From: an uncultured Chloroflexia bacterium
Lineage (GTDB): Bacteria; Chloroflexota; Limnocylindria; Limnocylindrales; CSP1-4
NCBI GenBank assembly: GCA_963734535.1
Contig: CAVTHS010000003.1
Coordinates: 224,001 to 288,000, forward strand
DNA length: 64,000 bases
Direction of reading: 5' to 3'
In this document: in pieces, positions 52,922 to 63,341 of the stretch
Numbering within the stretch: position 1 is the first letter of the stretch
Layout: every line of letters starts with the position of its first letter
The notes under the pieces: generated by a model
The model's database searches: none
Seen by the model: only the letters and a program-made list of their open reading frames with translations
Told to the model about the DNA's origin: nothing
Program-made: the position numbers and the translations under genes

Positions 52922-53182
52922 TTACAGGCGCCTCGTCCGCGCGACCCACCTGCTCCAAGCCTGGTCGGCCGCAGCGAGAGCCTCGTCGGCGGCGGCCTTC
53001 AGCTCGTCGTAGCGATCAAACCACGCCGGGTCGACCGGGGTGTCGGCGCTTCCCATCCATGGCCCACTCTCGGTCTCGACGGCTGCCCCGCCGTAGAGGT
53101 GCTCCTGGACGGCCTTCCTCGCCGCTTCGAGGTTGGCCTCCAGCTGGAGGTTCGCCTCCAGCACGCCGTCGATCTCGTCCAC
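52922..53182 (-). CDS. Small hypothetical protein (86 aa, helical)
   Basis: Natural-looking composition; AAGGTG upstream of GTG. Confidence 0.5.
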   Translation of the reverse strand: MDEIDGVLEANLQLEANLEAARKAVQEHLYGGAAVETESGPWMGSADTPVDPAWFDRYDELKAAADEALAAADQAWSRWVARTRRL

Positions 53183-53434
53183 GCGTCACGCTCACCTTGC
53201 TGAGACACCTTCCCGAGACAGTGAACCGCATCGTACGGCCGATGAGGCTCGGCGCCGCGCCGACCGTGCAGGTCGCGCCCTCGGCGACCAGTCGACATCA
53301 GCAGAGCCTTTGCGCATCGGGCCACCCTCGCGGGCGACGCGGGTCGATGTCGCCTGCCGGTCCGCCCATTCTCGCCGGGTTCGAGGTTGGCGCGACCAGC
53401 ACGTGCAATCCGGCACGGCTCGCCGAAGGTAGCG

Positions 53435-55375
53435 CTACTGGACCGAGTACCGCTCCACCGGGCTCCACGCGCTGTTCGCGTTCGTCAGCGTGGGATCGGC
53501 GACGGCCCGCACGTACCACTGGCCGCGGAGCGAGAAGCGCCACGTCGTGCTGGCCCGCCCGCCGGAGTCCGCGGGGACGTCGCGCTTCGCGACGGAGACC
53601 CAGCGGCCACTCACGAGGCGCCAGAACTGGAACGTCACCTTCGCCGGTGCGAGCGTGGGTCCGATCGGCCGGACGGTAGCCGTGAAGGTGATCGACGATC
53701 CCGCGGTCACGTTCCTGACGTGGCCGAGGTTGGTGGGCCGCAGCAGGGCGAGCTGCCGGATCACGACGCGGACGGCCGGGCTCGTCGCAGGGCCGAGGTC
53801 CGGGTCGCCGGCGTAGACCGCCTGGAACCGCGTGTTCACCGGCGGCCTGTATTGCATCGAGGCGTGGCCGGACGCGTCGGTTGTCATGGTGGCGATGTCG
53901 GACCACTGGGTCTCGTTGGCCTGCATGCGCTGGAGCGTCACGGAGCGGTTGGCGCCCGACGTCGCGCCCGACGTGGCGACCTGGACGTCCAGTGTCACGG
54001 TCTGGCCCCAGGCGGCGACGGCGGTGCTGGGCTTCACGCTCAGCTGCGCGGCGGGGAGCGTGATGCTGAAGGTGACGGGCGTGCTCGTGCCGCCTCCCGG
54101 CGGTTGGTTGAGGACGGTCACGGAGCCCGTCCCGGGCGTGCCGGTCAGGCTGCCTGGCACGACTGCCGTGAGCGCCGTCGGCGAGACGTACGTCGTGACC
54201 AGCGGCGATCCGTTCCAGTAGGCCGTCGAGATGCCGGCCGCGAAGTCGGCGCCCTGGATCGCGAGGTTCAGGTCGCCACCGCCTGCCGCGACCGTGGCGG
54301 GCGTGACCCCGGCAAGGATCGGCGGTGCGTTGGGCGGGACGACGGGAGGTGCGACGGGCGGCAGCGGCAGGTAGTTGAAGGTCATGCCGGTCAGGTCGCT
54401 GCCGTTGTACCGGTCCAGGTCCACGCACCCGGAGATGCCCGCTACGGTGCCGCAGTTGCTGTACTGCCAGAAGGTCCAGCCGTGGCCACCCCAGTTGTTG
54501 CCCGGGGCTGTCGGGCTCGACGTGAACCAGTGGGCGACCCAGAGGACCGAATAGCCCTGGTCGGCGAACATCGACGTATCGCCCATCGAGTTCGCCCAGA
54601 AGTTCGGGCTTGTGTAGATCATCGGCCGGACCCCGAGCTTCGCGTAGACCTCGCCGAGCCATGCGCCGACCCATGCCTGCAGGGCGGCCGTGGACAGCCC
54701 ACCGGTCTGCTCGAGGTCGAGGGCCGGGATGAGGTCGCCGGGGAGCAGCGCAGCATTCTGGGCGAACCAGTCGGCCTGGATGACCGCATCGTTGGGGAGA
54801 TCCAGGGGCCACGCGAAGTGGTACGCGGCGATCGGCAGCCCGACGGCCCGGGCGCCGGCGTGGTTCGTGGCGTAGGTCGGATCGACGTACGTCTCGCCCA
54901 CCGTGGCCTGGATCACGACGAAACGCCTGCCGGAACCGGGCACCTGCGTCCAATCGATCGTGCCCTGGTAGTGGCTGACGTCGATCCCCTCGAGGTAGAC
55001 GGGGGGCGGCGGTGGTGCGGCCGAGGGCTGGAAGAGACCGGTGGCGGCATAGGCCACACTCACGCCGTAGAGCGTCGCGACGCTCGTGCCGCCGACCGCG
55101 GTGATGGCGTACCAGGTGCTCCCCGACTCGGACGGCGTGCACGTGGCGGTCCAGGCATCGCCGATCACCGTGCCCGTCGTGGTCACCACCGTCCCCGTGG
55201 GCATGCTGATGATCGACGTGCCGGACGTTGAGGGTGTCTGGCGGAGCCGGGCCGTGCAGGCGGCGGCGTAGTACGTGTCGGCGGCAGCGACGCCGTCAGG
55301 AGCGAGCGGCGCGAGCGCCAGTGCGACGAGGAGCGCGATGACGGCCGGGACAGACCGGCGATGCACGGACTGCAT
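53435..55375 (-). CDS. Secreted GH25 (lysozyme M1-type) muramidase with N-terminal SH3-like, IPT/TIG-like and C-terminal beta-sandwich domains
   Basis: Signal peptide, GIDVSHYQG.IDW, AYHF, PALDLE, PMIYT, LWVAHW, WTFWQYS, V.GISG.VDLD. Confidence 0.88.
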   Translation of the reverse strand: MQSVHRRSVPAVIALLVALALAPLAPDGVAAADTYYAAACTARLRQTPSTSGTSIISMPTGTVVTTTGTVIGDAWTATCTPSESGSTWYAITAVGGTSVATLYGVSVAYAATGLFQPSAAPPPPPVYLEGIDVSHYQGTIDWTQVPGSGRRFVVIQATVGETYVDPTYATNHAGARAVGLPIAAYHFAWPLDLPNDAVIQADWFAQNAALLPGDLIPALDLEQTGGLSTAALQAWVGAWLGEVYAKLGVRPMIYTSPNFWANSMGDTSMFADQGYSVLWVAHWFTSSPTAPGNNWGGHGWTFWQYSNCGTVAGISGCVDLDRYNGSDLTGMTFNYLPLPPVAPPVVPPNAPPILAGVTPATVAAGGGDLNLAIQGADFAAGISTAYWNGSPLVTTYVSPTALTAVVPGSLTGTPGTGSVTVLNQPPGGGTSTPVTFSITLPAAQLSVKPSTAVAAWGQTVTLDVQVATSGATSGANRSVTLQRMQANETQWSDIATMTTDASGHASMQYRPPVNTRFQAVYAGDPDLGPATSPAVRVVIRQLALLRPTNLGHVRNVTAGSSITFTATVRPIGPTLAPAKVTFQFWRLVSGRWVSVAKRDVPADSGGRASTTWRFSLRGQWYVRAVADPTLTNANSAWSPVERYSVQ

Positions 55376-55589
55376 TCGGTTCTCCCCGTGCTCAAGGTCC
55401 GCGTCGACACGGCAACGCCGCGCGCGAGGACCATCCTGGGCGGAGGGGCGCGCGCCTGGCACGAGCGGGTGTGCCAGGGCCTCGAAGCACGCGCGCTGCG
55501 AGGCAGCCTCGAGGGATGCTACCAACTCACGGCAACTCGTGTCATGCGGCCGGCAGCGGATGACCAGCGCGGGTGATGCCGGCGAGGGT

Positions 55590-55750
55590 GTCAACCTCGC
55601 CCGGGGGGAGTGGTAGTGCTGCCGCGTCTACGCGGTCCTCGGACTTGCGGAGCCCGCCCTCTGGCACGCCAGGCGCTGCCTCGACATCGACGAGGCGAAC
55701 GGGATCGCCGGCTGGGACATGGCGAGCGCCTGCGAGGCGATCTCGCGACG
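55590..55750 (+). pseudogene. Gene remnant of a conserved hypothetical protein family (NLARGEWxxSRVYA type)
   Basis: VNLARGEW*CCRVYAVLGLAEPALWHARRCLDIDEANGIAGWDMASACEAISR with an in-frame TAG at 55614; no recognisable 5' or 3' part. Confidence 0.65.
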
Positions 55751-55938
55751 CTCGCGCTCAGCTGACGCGCGGCCAGACGTCGCCCGACAACGGGCAACGA
55801 GACGAAGGCAGTCCTCGGTCACCTCTGGACAGGTGGGAACCCCGAGTCATCGCCGCGGGAGAACGGGACGCCGAGATGCGGGCCAGCCGACCCGGCTATC
55901 GTTGCCCCGACGGCCCCCGGCGGCCCGAGGCGGTCGGC

Positions 55939-55984
55939 CGGGGTCGTTCAGGCACTGGAGACGGGGTCGTTCAGGCACTGGAGA
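55939..55984 (+). repeat. Perfect 23-bp tandem duplication CGGGGTCGTTCAGGCACTGGAGA x2
   Basis: Read directly; includes the GGAG just upstream of the pckG start. Confidence 0.92.
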
Positions 55985-55990
55985 CGGACC

Positions 55991-57853
55991 ATGGGCGCGA
56001 TGCACACACGATCAGGCGGCGGGCTCGCGGACCGTGCGGTTCCGGGCACGACGGGTGGGGACCGACCGACCGACATCCCGGCGCTGACCAGCTGGGTCGA
56101 CGAGATCGCGGCGCTGACGGAGCCCGAGGCCATCCACTGGTGCGACGGCTCCGATGCCGAGTACGACGCTCTCTGCGACCGCCTCGTCGAATCCGGCACG
56201 TTCACACGCCTCGATCCAGTCCTGCGGCCGGACAGCTTCCTGGCCCGCTCCGATCCGAGCGATGTCGCGCGGGTGGAGGACCGGACATTCATCTGCTCGC
56301 GCGACGCCATCGACGCCGGCCCGACCAACAACTGGCGCGACCCGGACGAGATGCGCACAACCCTCACCGACCTCTTTCGCGGCTGCATGCGGGGCCGGAC
56401 CCTCTACGTGATCCCGTTCTCGATGGGCCCCATCGGGTCGCCGATCAGCCGGCTGGGGGTCGAGATCACGGACTCGGCCTACGTCGTCGTCAACATGAAG
56501 ATCATGACCCGGATGGGCACCGCCGCCCTCGACGCCATCCGCGCGGCGGGCGACTTCGTCAAGTGCCTGCACTCGGTCGGGGCGCCGCTCGCGGCCGGCC
56601 AGGCCGACGTGCCGTGGCCCTGCGACGCGGCAACGAAGTACATCGTCCAGTTCCCGGAGCCCCGCGAGATCTGGTCGTACGGCTCGGGCTACGGCGGCAA
56701 CGCGCTGCTCGGGAAGAAGTGCTACGCGCTGCGGATCGCGTCGGTGATCGCGCGCGACGAGGGCTGGCTCGCCGAGCACATGCTGATCATCAAGGTCACC
56801 AACCCGGACGGGCGGAGCAAGAACGTTGCCGGCGCGTTTCCGTCCGCGTGCGGCAAGACGAACCTGGCGATGCTCGTCCCGACGCTGCCCGGCTGGCGGG
56901 TGGAGACCGTCGGCGACGACATCTGCTGGATGCGCCCCGGCCCGGACGGCCGTCTCTACGCGATCAACCCGGAGGCGGGGTTCTTCGGCGTCGCCCCGGG
57001 TACCAACACGAAGACCAACCCGAACGCGATCCGCTCGGTGGAGCGCAACACCATCTTCACGAACACGGCGCTGACGGACGACGGCGACGTGTGGTGGGAA
57101 GGCCTCACCGAGACGCCGCCGGCCCACCTGATCGACTGGACGGGCAAGGACTGGACGCGCGATTCCGGCCGCGTGGCGGCCCACCCGAACTCCCGGTTCA
57201 CCGCGCCTGCTGGCCAGGACCCGGCGATCGCGCCCGAATGGCAGGACCCGGCAGGCGTTCCGATCGACGCGATCATGTTCGGAGGGCGCCGGTCAACCGT
57301 CGTGCCGCTCGTTCGCGAGGCGTTCGACTGGACGCACGGCGTCTTCCTGGGCTCGATCATGAGCTCCGAGACGACCGCCGCGGCGATGGGCGAGGTCGGG
57401 AAGCTGCGCTTCGACCCGTTCGCCATGCTCCCGTTCTGCGGCTACAACATGGCCGACTACTGGGCCCACTGGCTGGAGGTCGGCGCCGCGAGCAGCCCGG
57501 AGCTGCTGCCCCGGATCTACTACGTGAACTGGTTCCGGCGCGACGCCCAGGGAAGGTTCCTGTGGCCCGGATTCGGCGAGAACAGCCGCGTCCTCGAGTG
57601 GATCTTCCGGCGCGGCGACGGTGAGGCCCGGGCGGTCGAGACCCCGATCGGGTTCCTGCCGGAGCCGAGCGACATTGACACCACGGGCCTCGACATGGCG
57701 CCGGCGGACCTCACCGAGCTCCTCCGGGTTGACAGCTCCGCCATCGTTGCCGAGCTGCCGCAGTTCGAGCAGCACTACGCGCGCTTCGGCGACCGCCTGC
57801 CCGCCGCCCTTCGAACCGAGCTCGATCGGATGGCGGAGCGCCTCCAGGCGTGA
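55991..57853 (+). CDS. pckG: Phosphoenolpyruvate carboxykinase (GTP)
   Basis: [60 protein letters not shown]. Confidence 0.97.
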   Translation: MGAMHTRSGGGLADRAVPGTTGGDRPTDIPALTSWVDEIAALTEPEAIHWCDGSDAEYDALCDRLVESGTFTRLDPVLRPDSFLARSDPSDVARVEDRTFICSRDAIDAGPTNNWRDPDEMRTTLTDLFRGCMRGRTLYVIPFSMGPIGSPISRLGVEITDSAYVVVNMKIMTRMGTAALDAIRAAGDFVKCLHSVGAPLAAGQADVPWPCDAATKYIVQFPEPREIWSYGSGYGGNALLGKKCYALRIASVIARDEGWLAEHMLIIKVTNPDGRSKNVAGAFPSACGKTNLAMLVPTLPGWRVETVGDDICWMRPGPDGRLYAINPEAGFFGVAPGTNTKTNPNAIRSVERNTIFTNTALTDDGDVWWEGLTETPPAHLIDWTGKDWTRDSGRVAAHPNSRFTAPAGQDPAIAPEWQDPAGVPIDAIMFGGRRSTVVPLVREAFDWTHGVFLGSIMSSETTAAAMGEVGKLRFDPFAMLPFCGYNMADYWAHWLEVGAASSPELLPRIYYVNWFRRDAQGRFLWPGFGENSRVLEWIFRRGDGEARAVETPIGFLPEPSDIDTTGLDMAPADLTELLRVDSSAIVAELPQFEQHYARFGDRLPAALRTELDRMAERLQA

Positions 57854-59382
57854 CGCCGCCGATCGACGACGGGGACCTTCTCGCGACGCTCGACGACCTG
57901 GACCCCGCCCAGCTCGGCGGGCTCGGCGACATGAGCCCGGGGCAGTTCCGGGCCGCCGCCCACGCGACGGTCGACGTGCTCGCGGACTACCTGGAGCACG
58001 TCGAGGACTTCGCGATCCTGCCGCGGATCGAGCCGGGCACGCTCCGCGACCAGCTGCCGCAGGCGCCGCCGGACGGCCCGGAGCCGGTTGGCGCCATCCT
58101 GGCCGACGTGGCGCGACTGGTGGAGCCGAACGCCACGCACTGGCAGCACCCCGGCTTCCTTGCCTACTTCGCGACGACCGCCTCGGGCCCGGGGATCCTC
58201 GGCGAGTTCGTGACGGCCGTGCTGGGCCAGAACCCGATGTTGTGGCGGACGTCGCCGGTGGGCACGGAGCTGGAGGAGGTGGTCGTCGGCTGGCTTCGCC
58301 GCGCGCTCCGTCTGCCTGACGCGTTCGACGGGCTTCTGACCGACACGGCCTCGACGTCGTCGCTCATCGCGATCGCGGCGGCGCGAGAGGCCGCCGGCCT
58401 GGACGCGGCTGCCCTCGGGCTGGCAGGTCGCCCGGAGATCGGCGCGCCCGCCGTCTACGCGTCGGAGGAGGCGCACAGCAGCATCGAGAAGGCCTGCATG
58501 ACGCTGGGCCTGGGCCGCAGCGCCTGTCGCAGGATCCCGACCGACGACGTGTACGCCATGCGGACCGACGCGCTGGAGGCGGCGCTCGCGGCCGACCGGG
58601 CAGCCGGGCGCCTGCCCATCGCGGTGGTGGCGACGATCGGGACGACCTCGTCGACGGCTGTGGACCCCGTGCCGGCGATCGCGGACGTCGCGGAGCGCGA
58701 GGGGCTCTGGCTGCACGTCGATGCGGCGTATGGCGGCGCGGCGGCGCTCCTGCCCGGGCGCCGGCATCTCTTCGCCGGCTGGGAGCGAGCGGACTCGATC
58801 GTGGTGAATCCCCACAAGTGGTTCTTCACGCCCCTCGACGCGTCGCTCCTGCTCAGCCGGCGAATGCCTTCGGTCCGTGCGGCCTTCAGCCTCGTGCCGG
58901 AGTACCTGCGCACCCTGGATCGCGAGCGGCCGGTCCACGACTTCAACGAGTATCAACCCCAGCTCGGGCGGCGGATGCGTGCCCTCAAGCTGTGGTTCCT
59001 CGTCCGATACTTCGGGCTCGAGGGGCTGCGCCGTCGGATCGACGCGCACTGCCGGATGGCGGCGGACCTTGCCGCGCAGGTCGACGCCGACCCGGATTTC
59101 GAGCGCCTGGCACCCGTCCCGTTCTCGACCGTCTGCCTGCGCTGGCGCCCGGCGGCGCTCGCCGGCCGCGAGGACGACCCGGAGGTCCGGGCTCGCCTGG
59201 ATGCCGCGAACGAGCGGCTGATGGCGGCCGTCAACGCCTCGGGCGAGATCTTCCTCTCGCACACGCGGCTTCGGGATCGATTCGCGATCCGCGTCTCGAT
59301 CGGCAACCTCCGCACGGAGCCGCGCCACGTTGCGCGCGCCTGGGCGCTTCTCCAGTCGGAGGCGGCGCGGCTCCCCGGGTGA
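57850..59382 (+). CDS. Group II PLP-dependent decarboxylase (aromatic L-amino acid decarboxylase-like)
   Basis: [60 protein letters not shown]. Confidence 0.9.
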   Translation: MTPPIDDGDLLATLDDLDPAQLGGLGDMSPGQFRAAAHATVDVLADYLEHVEDFAILPRIEPGTLRDQLPQAPPDGPEPVGAILADVARLVEPNATHWQHPGFLAYFATTASGPGILGEFVTAVLGQNPMLWRTSPVGTELEEVVVGWLRRALRLPDAFDGLLTDTASTSSLIAIAAAREAAGLDAAALGLAGRPEIGAPAVYASEEAHSSIEKACMTLGLGRSACRRIPTDDVYAMRTDALEAALAADRAAGRLPIAVVATIGTTSSTAVDPVPAIADVAEREGLWLHVDAAYGGAAALLPGRRHLFAGWERADSIVVNPHKWFFTPLDASLLLSRRMPSVRAAFSLVPEYLRTLDRERPVHDFNEYQPQLGRRMRALKLWFLVRYFGLEGLRRRIDAHCRMAADLAAQVDADPDFERLAPVPFSTVCLRWRPAALAGREDDPEVRARLDAANERLMAAVNASGEIFLSHTRLRDRFAIRVSIGNLRTEPRHVARAWALLQSEAARLPG

Positions 59383-59395
59383 CGCGCAGGCGCCG

Positions 59396-60145
59396 TCAGT
59401 GTGCCGGAACGGCGAGCGCGGGGAATGTCCTGGCGTAATCGAACGCGTAGGTGGTGGTGCCGGTCGGGTCGGTTCGCTGCGCCGTCAGGATCCGGTTCGT
59501 CGCGGGGTCAAGGCTGACACGGGCAGTGACCCGGCCGCCAAGGAAAGCGGAGGTCCCCAGGTAGGCCCACGTCCACGATCCGTCGGGTCCCACCGTCACG
59601 GACTCGCTGATCGAGCCGTCGCCCGGGCTGCCCAGGCTCCACGAGTCGGCGGGCTGGCCGATCTGCCGGAACCCGCTGACGAGCGCCGCCGCGCCGCAGG
59701 TCCATTTCCCCGGGACGCGGGCGAAGCCGGACTGCCCGTCATATGCTGCGCCGCCGATGCAGACGAAGACGAGCGTGCCGTTCACCAGCGTTGCCGAGGC
59801 GCTCGGCTCGAACCGGACCACGCCGGGACGTGGACCGGACGCGGTCACCTGCAGGTGCCGCGCCGCGGTCAGGCCGCGCGTGACGGCGGCCCAGAAGGAC
59901 GACGGCGTCGCGGCTGGCGTGCAGCAGGGCGGCTTCGCCGACGGGGTAGGGGAGAGGGCGGGGCTTGGCGTCGGCGCCGCGACGGACGCCGACGGCGCTG
60001 CGGTCCGGGTTCCCGGCTGGGCGTCTGTCGGCAGGAGGGTCGCCGACGCGCCCGACGTCCCCCCACACGCGGCCGTCGCGATCACCACCAGGAGGAGGCC
60101 GGCAAGCCGTGATCGCGAGCGCAGGCGGCCGGTGCGGCGCAACAT
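59396..60145 (-). CDS. Putative lipoprotein
   Basis: Basic N-terminus, LLLVVIATAAC lipobox, P/T/S linker; TACGAT 6 nt before ATG. Confidence 0.7.
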   Translation of the reverse strand: MLRRTGRLRSRSRLAGLLLVVIATAACGGTSGASATLLPTDAQPGTRTAAPSASVAAPTPSPALSPTPSAKPPCCTPAATPSSFWAAVTRGLTAARHLQVTASGPRPGVVRFEPSASATLVNGTLVFVCIGGAAYDGQSGFARVPGKWTCGAAALVSGFRQIGQPADSWSLGSPGDGSISESVTVGPDGSWTWAYLGTSAFLGGRVTARVSLDPATNRILTAQRTDPTGTTTYAFDYARTFPALAVPAH

Positions 60146-60240
60146 CGGTCGATCGTACCGGGTTCGCGCGCTAGACTCCCCGCCACACCGACGCCGCCCG
60201 CGCGCCGCACGTCCGGCGGCACGCCAATCGAGGAATCCGC

Positions 60241-61761
60241 ATGGTCACCCAGGCTGCCCGCGACTACCCGATGTTCATCGACGGCGCCGCGGTCGACGCC
60301 ACCGGTGGGGCGTGGCTCGAGGTCCACAGCCCCGCGACCGGGGCGCTGGTCGGGCGCGTCCCGGCGGGCGCGGAATCGGACGTGGACCGGGCAGTCGCGG
60401 CGGCGCGGGCGGCCTTCCGTGACGGGCGCTGGAGCCGGCGCTACCTGCCCGAGCGAGCGGCGATCCTGGGCCGCCTGGCCGACCTGATCGAGTCCAACGC
60501 CGATGAGCTTGCGCTCCTCGAGACGCTCCAGACCGGCTCCGCGTACAAGCTTCGGCGCGACTCTGACCTTCCTTTCACGGTCGACAACCTGCGTTTCTTC
60601 GCGGGTGCGGTCCGGCACCTGGAGGGGAAGGCGGCGTACGAGTACTCGGGCAGCCACACCAGCTTCGTGCGCCGCGAGCCGCTGGGCGTCGTGGGGCAGG
60701 TGAGCCCCTGGAACTACCCGCTCTGGATGGCCATCTGGAAGATGGGCCCGGCGCTGGCCGCGGGCAACTGCGTCATCCTCAAGCCCGCCTCGTCCACGCC
60801 CCTGACCACGATTCGGCTCGCCGAGCTGGCCGCCGAGGCGGGCCTGCCCGCCGGCGTTCTCAACGTCATCACGGGTCGCGGCGACGTTGTCGGCGCTGCG
60901 CTCGCTGCCCACCCGGACGTGGACCTGATCTCACTGACGGGCGACTCGGAGACCGGGCGCCGGATCCAGGCGCTCGCCGCCGGCAACCTCAAGCGGACGC
61001 ACCTGGAGCTGGGCGGGAAGGCGCCCGTGATCGTGCACGCGGATGCCGATCTCGAGGCTGCGGCGCGGGGCGCCACCGCGGGCGCGCTCATCAACGGCGG
61101 GCAGGATTGCACCGCCGCGACACGCCTCTACGTCGACCGGCGCGTGCTCGAACCCTTGACGGCACGCCTCGTCGAGCTGTTTGCCTCGGTTCGCGTCGGC
61201 GATCCGCTGGATCCCGCGACTGATCTCGGGACGCTCATCAGCCCCGCGCAGGTGGAACGTGTCGACGGCTTCGTGCAGCGGGCGGTCGCCGCTGGCGCAC
61301 GCGTCCTCGTCGGGGGCACGCGCGCCGCGATCACGAGCCTGCCCGGTGGTGCCTTCTACCTGCCGACCGTGATCGTCGACGCGACGCAGGACAGCGAGAT
61401 CGTCCAGCAGGAGGTCTTCGGGCCTGTCCTCGTGGTTCTCCCGTTCGAGACGGAGGAGGATGCGCTGCGGATGGCGAACAACACCCGCTACGGCCTCGCG
61501 AGCTCCGTCTGGACGAGCGACCTTCGGACCGCGATGCGGGCGACGATCGAGCTCAACTTCGGCCACGTCCTGGTCAACGACCACCTGATGGTCACCAGCG
61601 AGATGCCGCACGGCGGCTTCCGCCAGTCGGGCTTCGGCAAGGACATGTCGATGTACTCGTTCGAGGAGTACACGCGCGTCAAGCACGTGATGATCGAGCT
61701 CACGGGCGAGGCCGAGAAGCCCTGGCACTACACGATCTTCGGTGACAAGCGGGCCGAGTAG
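60241..61761 (+). CDS. Aldehyde dehydrogenase (aminobutyraldehyde/betaine aldehyde type)
   Basis: RREPLGVVGQVSPWNYPL, LELGGKAP, NGGQDCTA, EVFGPV, EMPHGGFRQSGFGKDMSMYS. Confidence 0.93.
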   Translation: MVTQAARDYPMFIDGAAVDATGGAWLEVHSPATGALVGRVPAGAESDVDRAVAAARAAFRDGRWSRRYLPERAAILGRLADLIESNADELALLETLQTGSAYKLRRDSDLPFTVDNLRFFAGAVRHLEGKAAYEYSGSHTSFVRREPLGVVGQVSPWNYPLWMAIWKMGPALAAGNCVILKPASSTPLTTIRLAELAAEAGLPAGVLNVITGRGDVVGAALAAHPDVDLISLTGDSETGRRIQALAAGNLKRTHLELGGKAPVIVHADADLEAAARGATAGALINGGQDCTAATRLYVDRRVLEPLTARLVELFASVRVGDPLDPATDLGTLISPAQVERVDGFVQRAVAAGARVLVGGTRAAITSLPGGAFYLPTVIVDATQDSEIVQQEVFGPVLVVLPFETEEDALRMANNTRYGLASSVWTSDLRTAMRATIELNFGHVLVNDHLMVTSEMPHGGFRQSGFGKDMSMYSFEEYTRVKHVMIELTGEAEKPWHYTIFGDKRAE

Positions 61762-62166
61762 GGAAGAGTCCGAGCCCGAAACAGGCATCTGGCGGGCCTC
61801 CAGCCAGGGCCCTGACCGCAGTGCCGACCGCTGTCCGTAGCTGGGTCAGACCACTTCGGCGCGGCCGAGGATCTTCGAGATGCCGCCGAGCTCCTCGAGC
61901 TCGGCGGCCAAGCGGGCGACAAGCGCCGGGGTTCATCCTGACGGGCGCCCCGGCAACGCGCCGCCCGTGACGATCTCGCCTTTGGACGACCAGTCGACGG
62001 CTGGGCGACCGGGGGAACTTCACATCCAAAGGCTCTTGCCGCCGGTGGTAACGGCCACCACCCTGTACGGTCACGCGGGAGGCTCTGACACGCGGCCCAC
62101 ACCCAGGCCACCGGAGCCAGCCGAGCCACTGGCGAGACCGAGACGCGGGGAAGAAAGGCGACGCAG

Positions 62167-62832
62167 ATGCGAAGTCGACCACTCGCCGTCGCCGTCCTGA
62201 TGGTGCTGGCTGGCTGTGGCGGAACGCCGCCGGTTGCACAGGTGGACACGCCCGCGCCATCCGCTCCCCGCGTACGTTCCCACGCTTCCGCGCCACCACC
62301 GACTCCGATGCCGACTCCGACGCCGACGCGTCGGTGACCGAAGCGGAGCTGGCTGCCGTCTGTTCGGGAAGAGCAATCTCGTCGGCAGCGCCCTACGCAG
62401 GCAAGGTCCATCCGTTGGTCGTCATCGACGAGTGGCTGGGCCGCTACGTCGATTCGGTCTACGTCATCAACAAGAAGCTCGACAACGGCACGTGGCAGAG
62501 CTCGCAGATCCAGCTTGTCGTGTGCGTTCCATTCGATCACGAAAGCCAGCGTGAACGTGGGCTCATGCGGTCGAACCTGGAAGAGGAAGAGCGACGGTGT
62601 GACCGGCGAGCTCCTCCTGCAGCGCTACAAGATGACGATCCGAGTGGTGGTCGCCAGGACGGGCAAGACCCTCCAGACGAAGGTGCTCGTCGGCTCCCTC
62701 CCGACCTGTGGGGGGAAGTTCTCCTCCCTCGACCTGAGCGTCGAGCCGCCCTGGAAGGGATACGGCTCCGAGGTCACGGTCTCGCAGATCAATCAATACG
62801 CCACGGCCGTGTCGAACCAGCCGGTGAAGTAG
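62167..62832 (+). pseudogene. Putative lipoprotein interrupted by at least two frameshifts
   Basis: MRSRPLAVAVLMVLAGC lipobox and PT linker; continues in frame 62334 (VTEAELAAVC..) then frame 62515 (KASVNVGSC..QPVK). Confidence 0.6.
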
Positions 62833-62972
62833 CCCATGCCCTGGCGACGGCTTGGGTCAAGATCGAGCAGACTCCTGGTGGGCCGGCCGCGCAGACGACG
62901 TGTAGGACCGACCCACAGTCGTGACTGACCCAGCGAGGCGCGCCGGCACGGTGAGCGACGGGGCCTGAGCCG

Positions 62973-63341
62973 ATGTTCTTCCCAGCGGCGGGTTGGTTCG
63001 CCGCGTTTCTCCTGACCCTCGCGATCGAGATCCCCATCGCCGGATACCTCCTGCGACGGGTCGAGCGCGACCGCGTCCGCCTGGTGATCCTCCTCATCTT
63101 CGCGAACCTCGCGACGCACCCGGTCGTGTGGTACGTGATGACGCAGCTCTTCCTCGTCGGGACCTGGGAGTACTTCCTCGCGGCCGAGTCGTGGGCCGTT
63201 GCCGTGGAGGCGCTCTTCTATGCCGCCGCCTTCCGCGGTCTCGATCCCCGACGCGCCATCGCGGTCGCGGTGCTCGCGAACGCGGCTTCGTTTGTCGCCG
63301 GCTGGATCGCCGGCAACCTGTGGCCTGAGGTGTTCGGATGA
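62973..63341 (+). CDS. Small integral membrane protein
   Basis: LLTLAIE, ANLATHPVVW, AE.WAV.VE, LANAASF; about 4 TMs. Confidence 0.75.
   Translation: MFFPAAGWFAAFLLTLAIEIPIAGYLLRRVERDRVRLVILLIFANLATHPVVWYVMTQLFLVGTWEYFLAAESWAVAVEALFYAAAFRGLDPRRAIAVAVLANAASFVAGWIAGNLWPEVFG

Noticed and set aside
55614-55616. Programmed TAG read-through (pyrrolysine or recoding)
   Set aside because: The fragment lacks both ends, and TAG serves as a normal stop for many genes in this window
61762-62166. Possible ncRNA in the 400-bp gap after the aldehyde dehydrogenase (TTTGGA..TCCAAA and small hairpins)
   Set aside because: No recognisable family consensus; hairpins are unremarkable at this GC content
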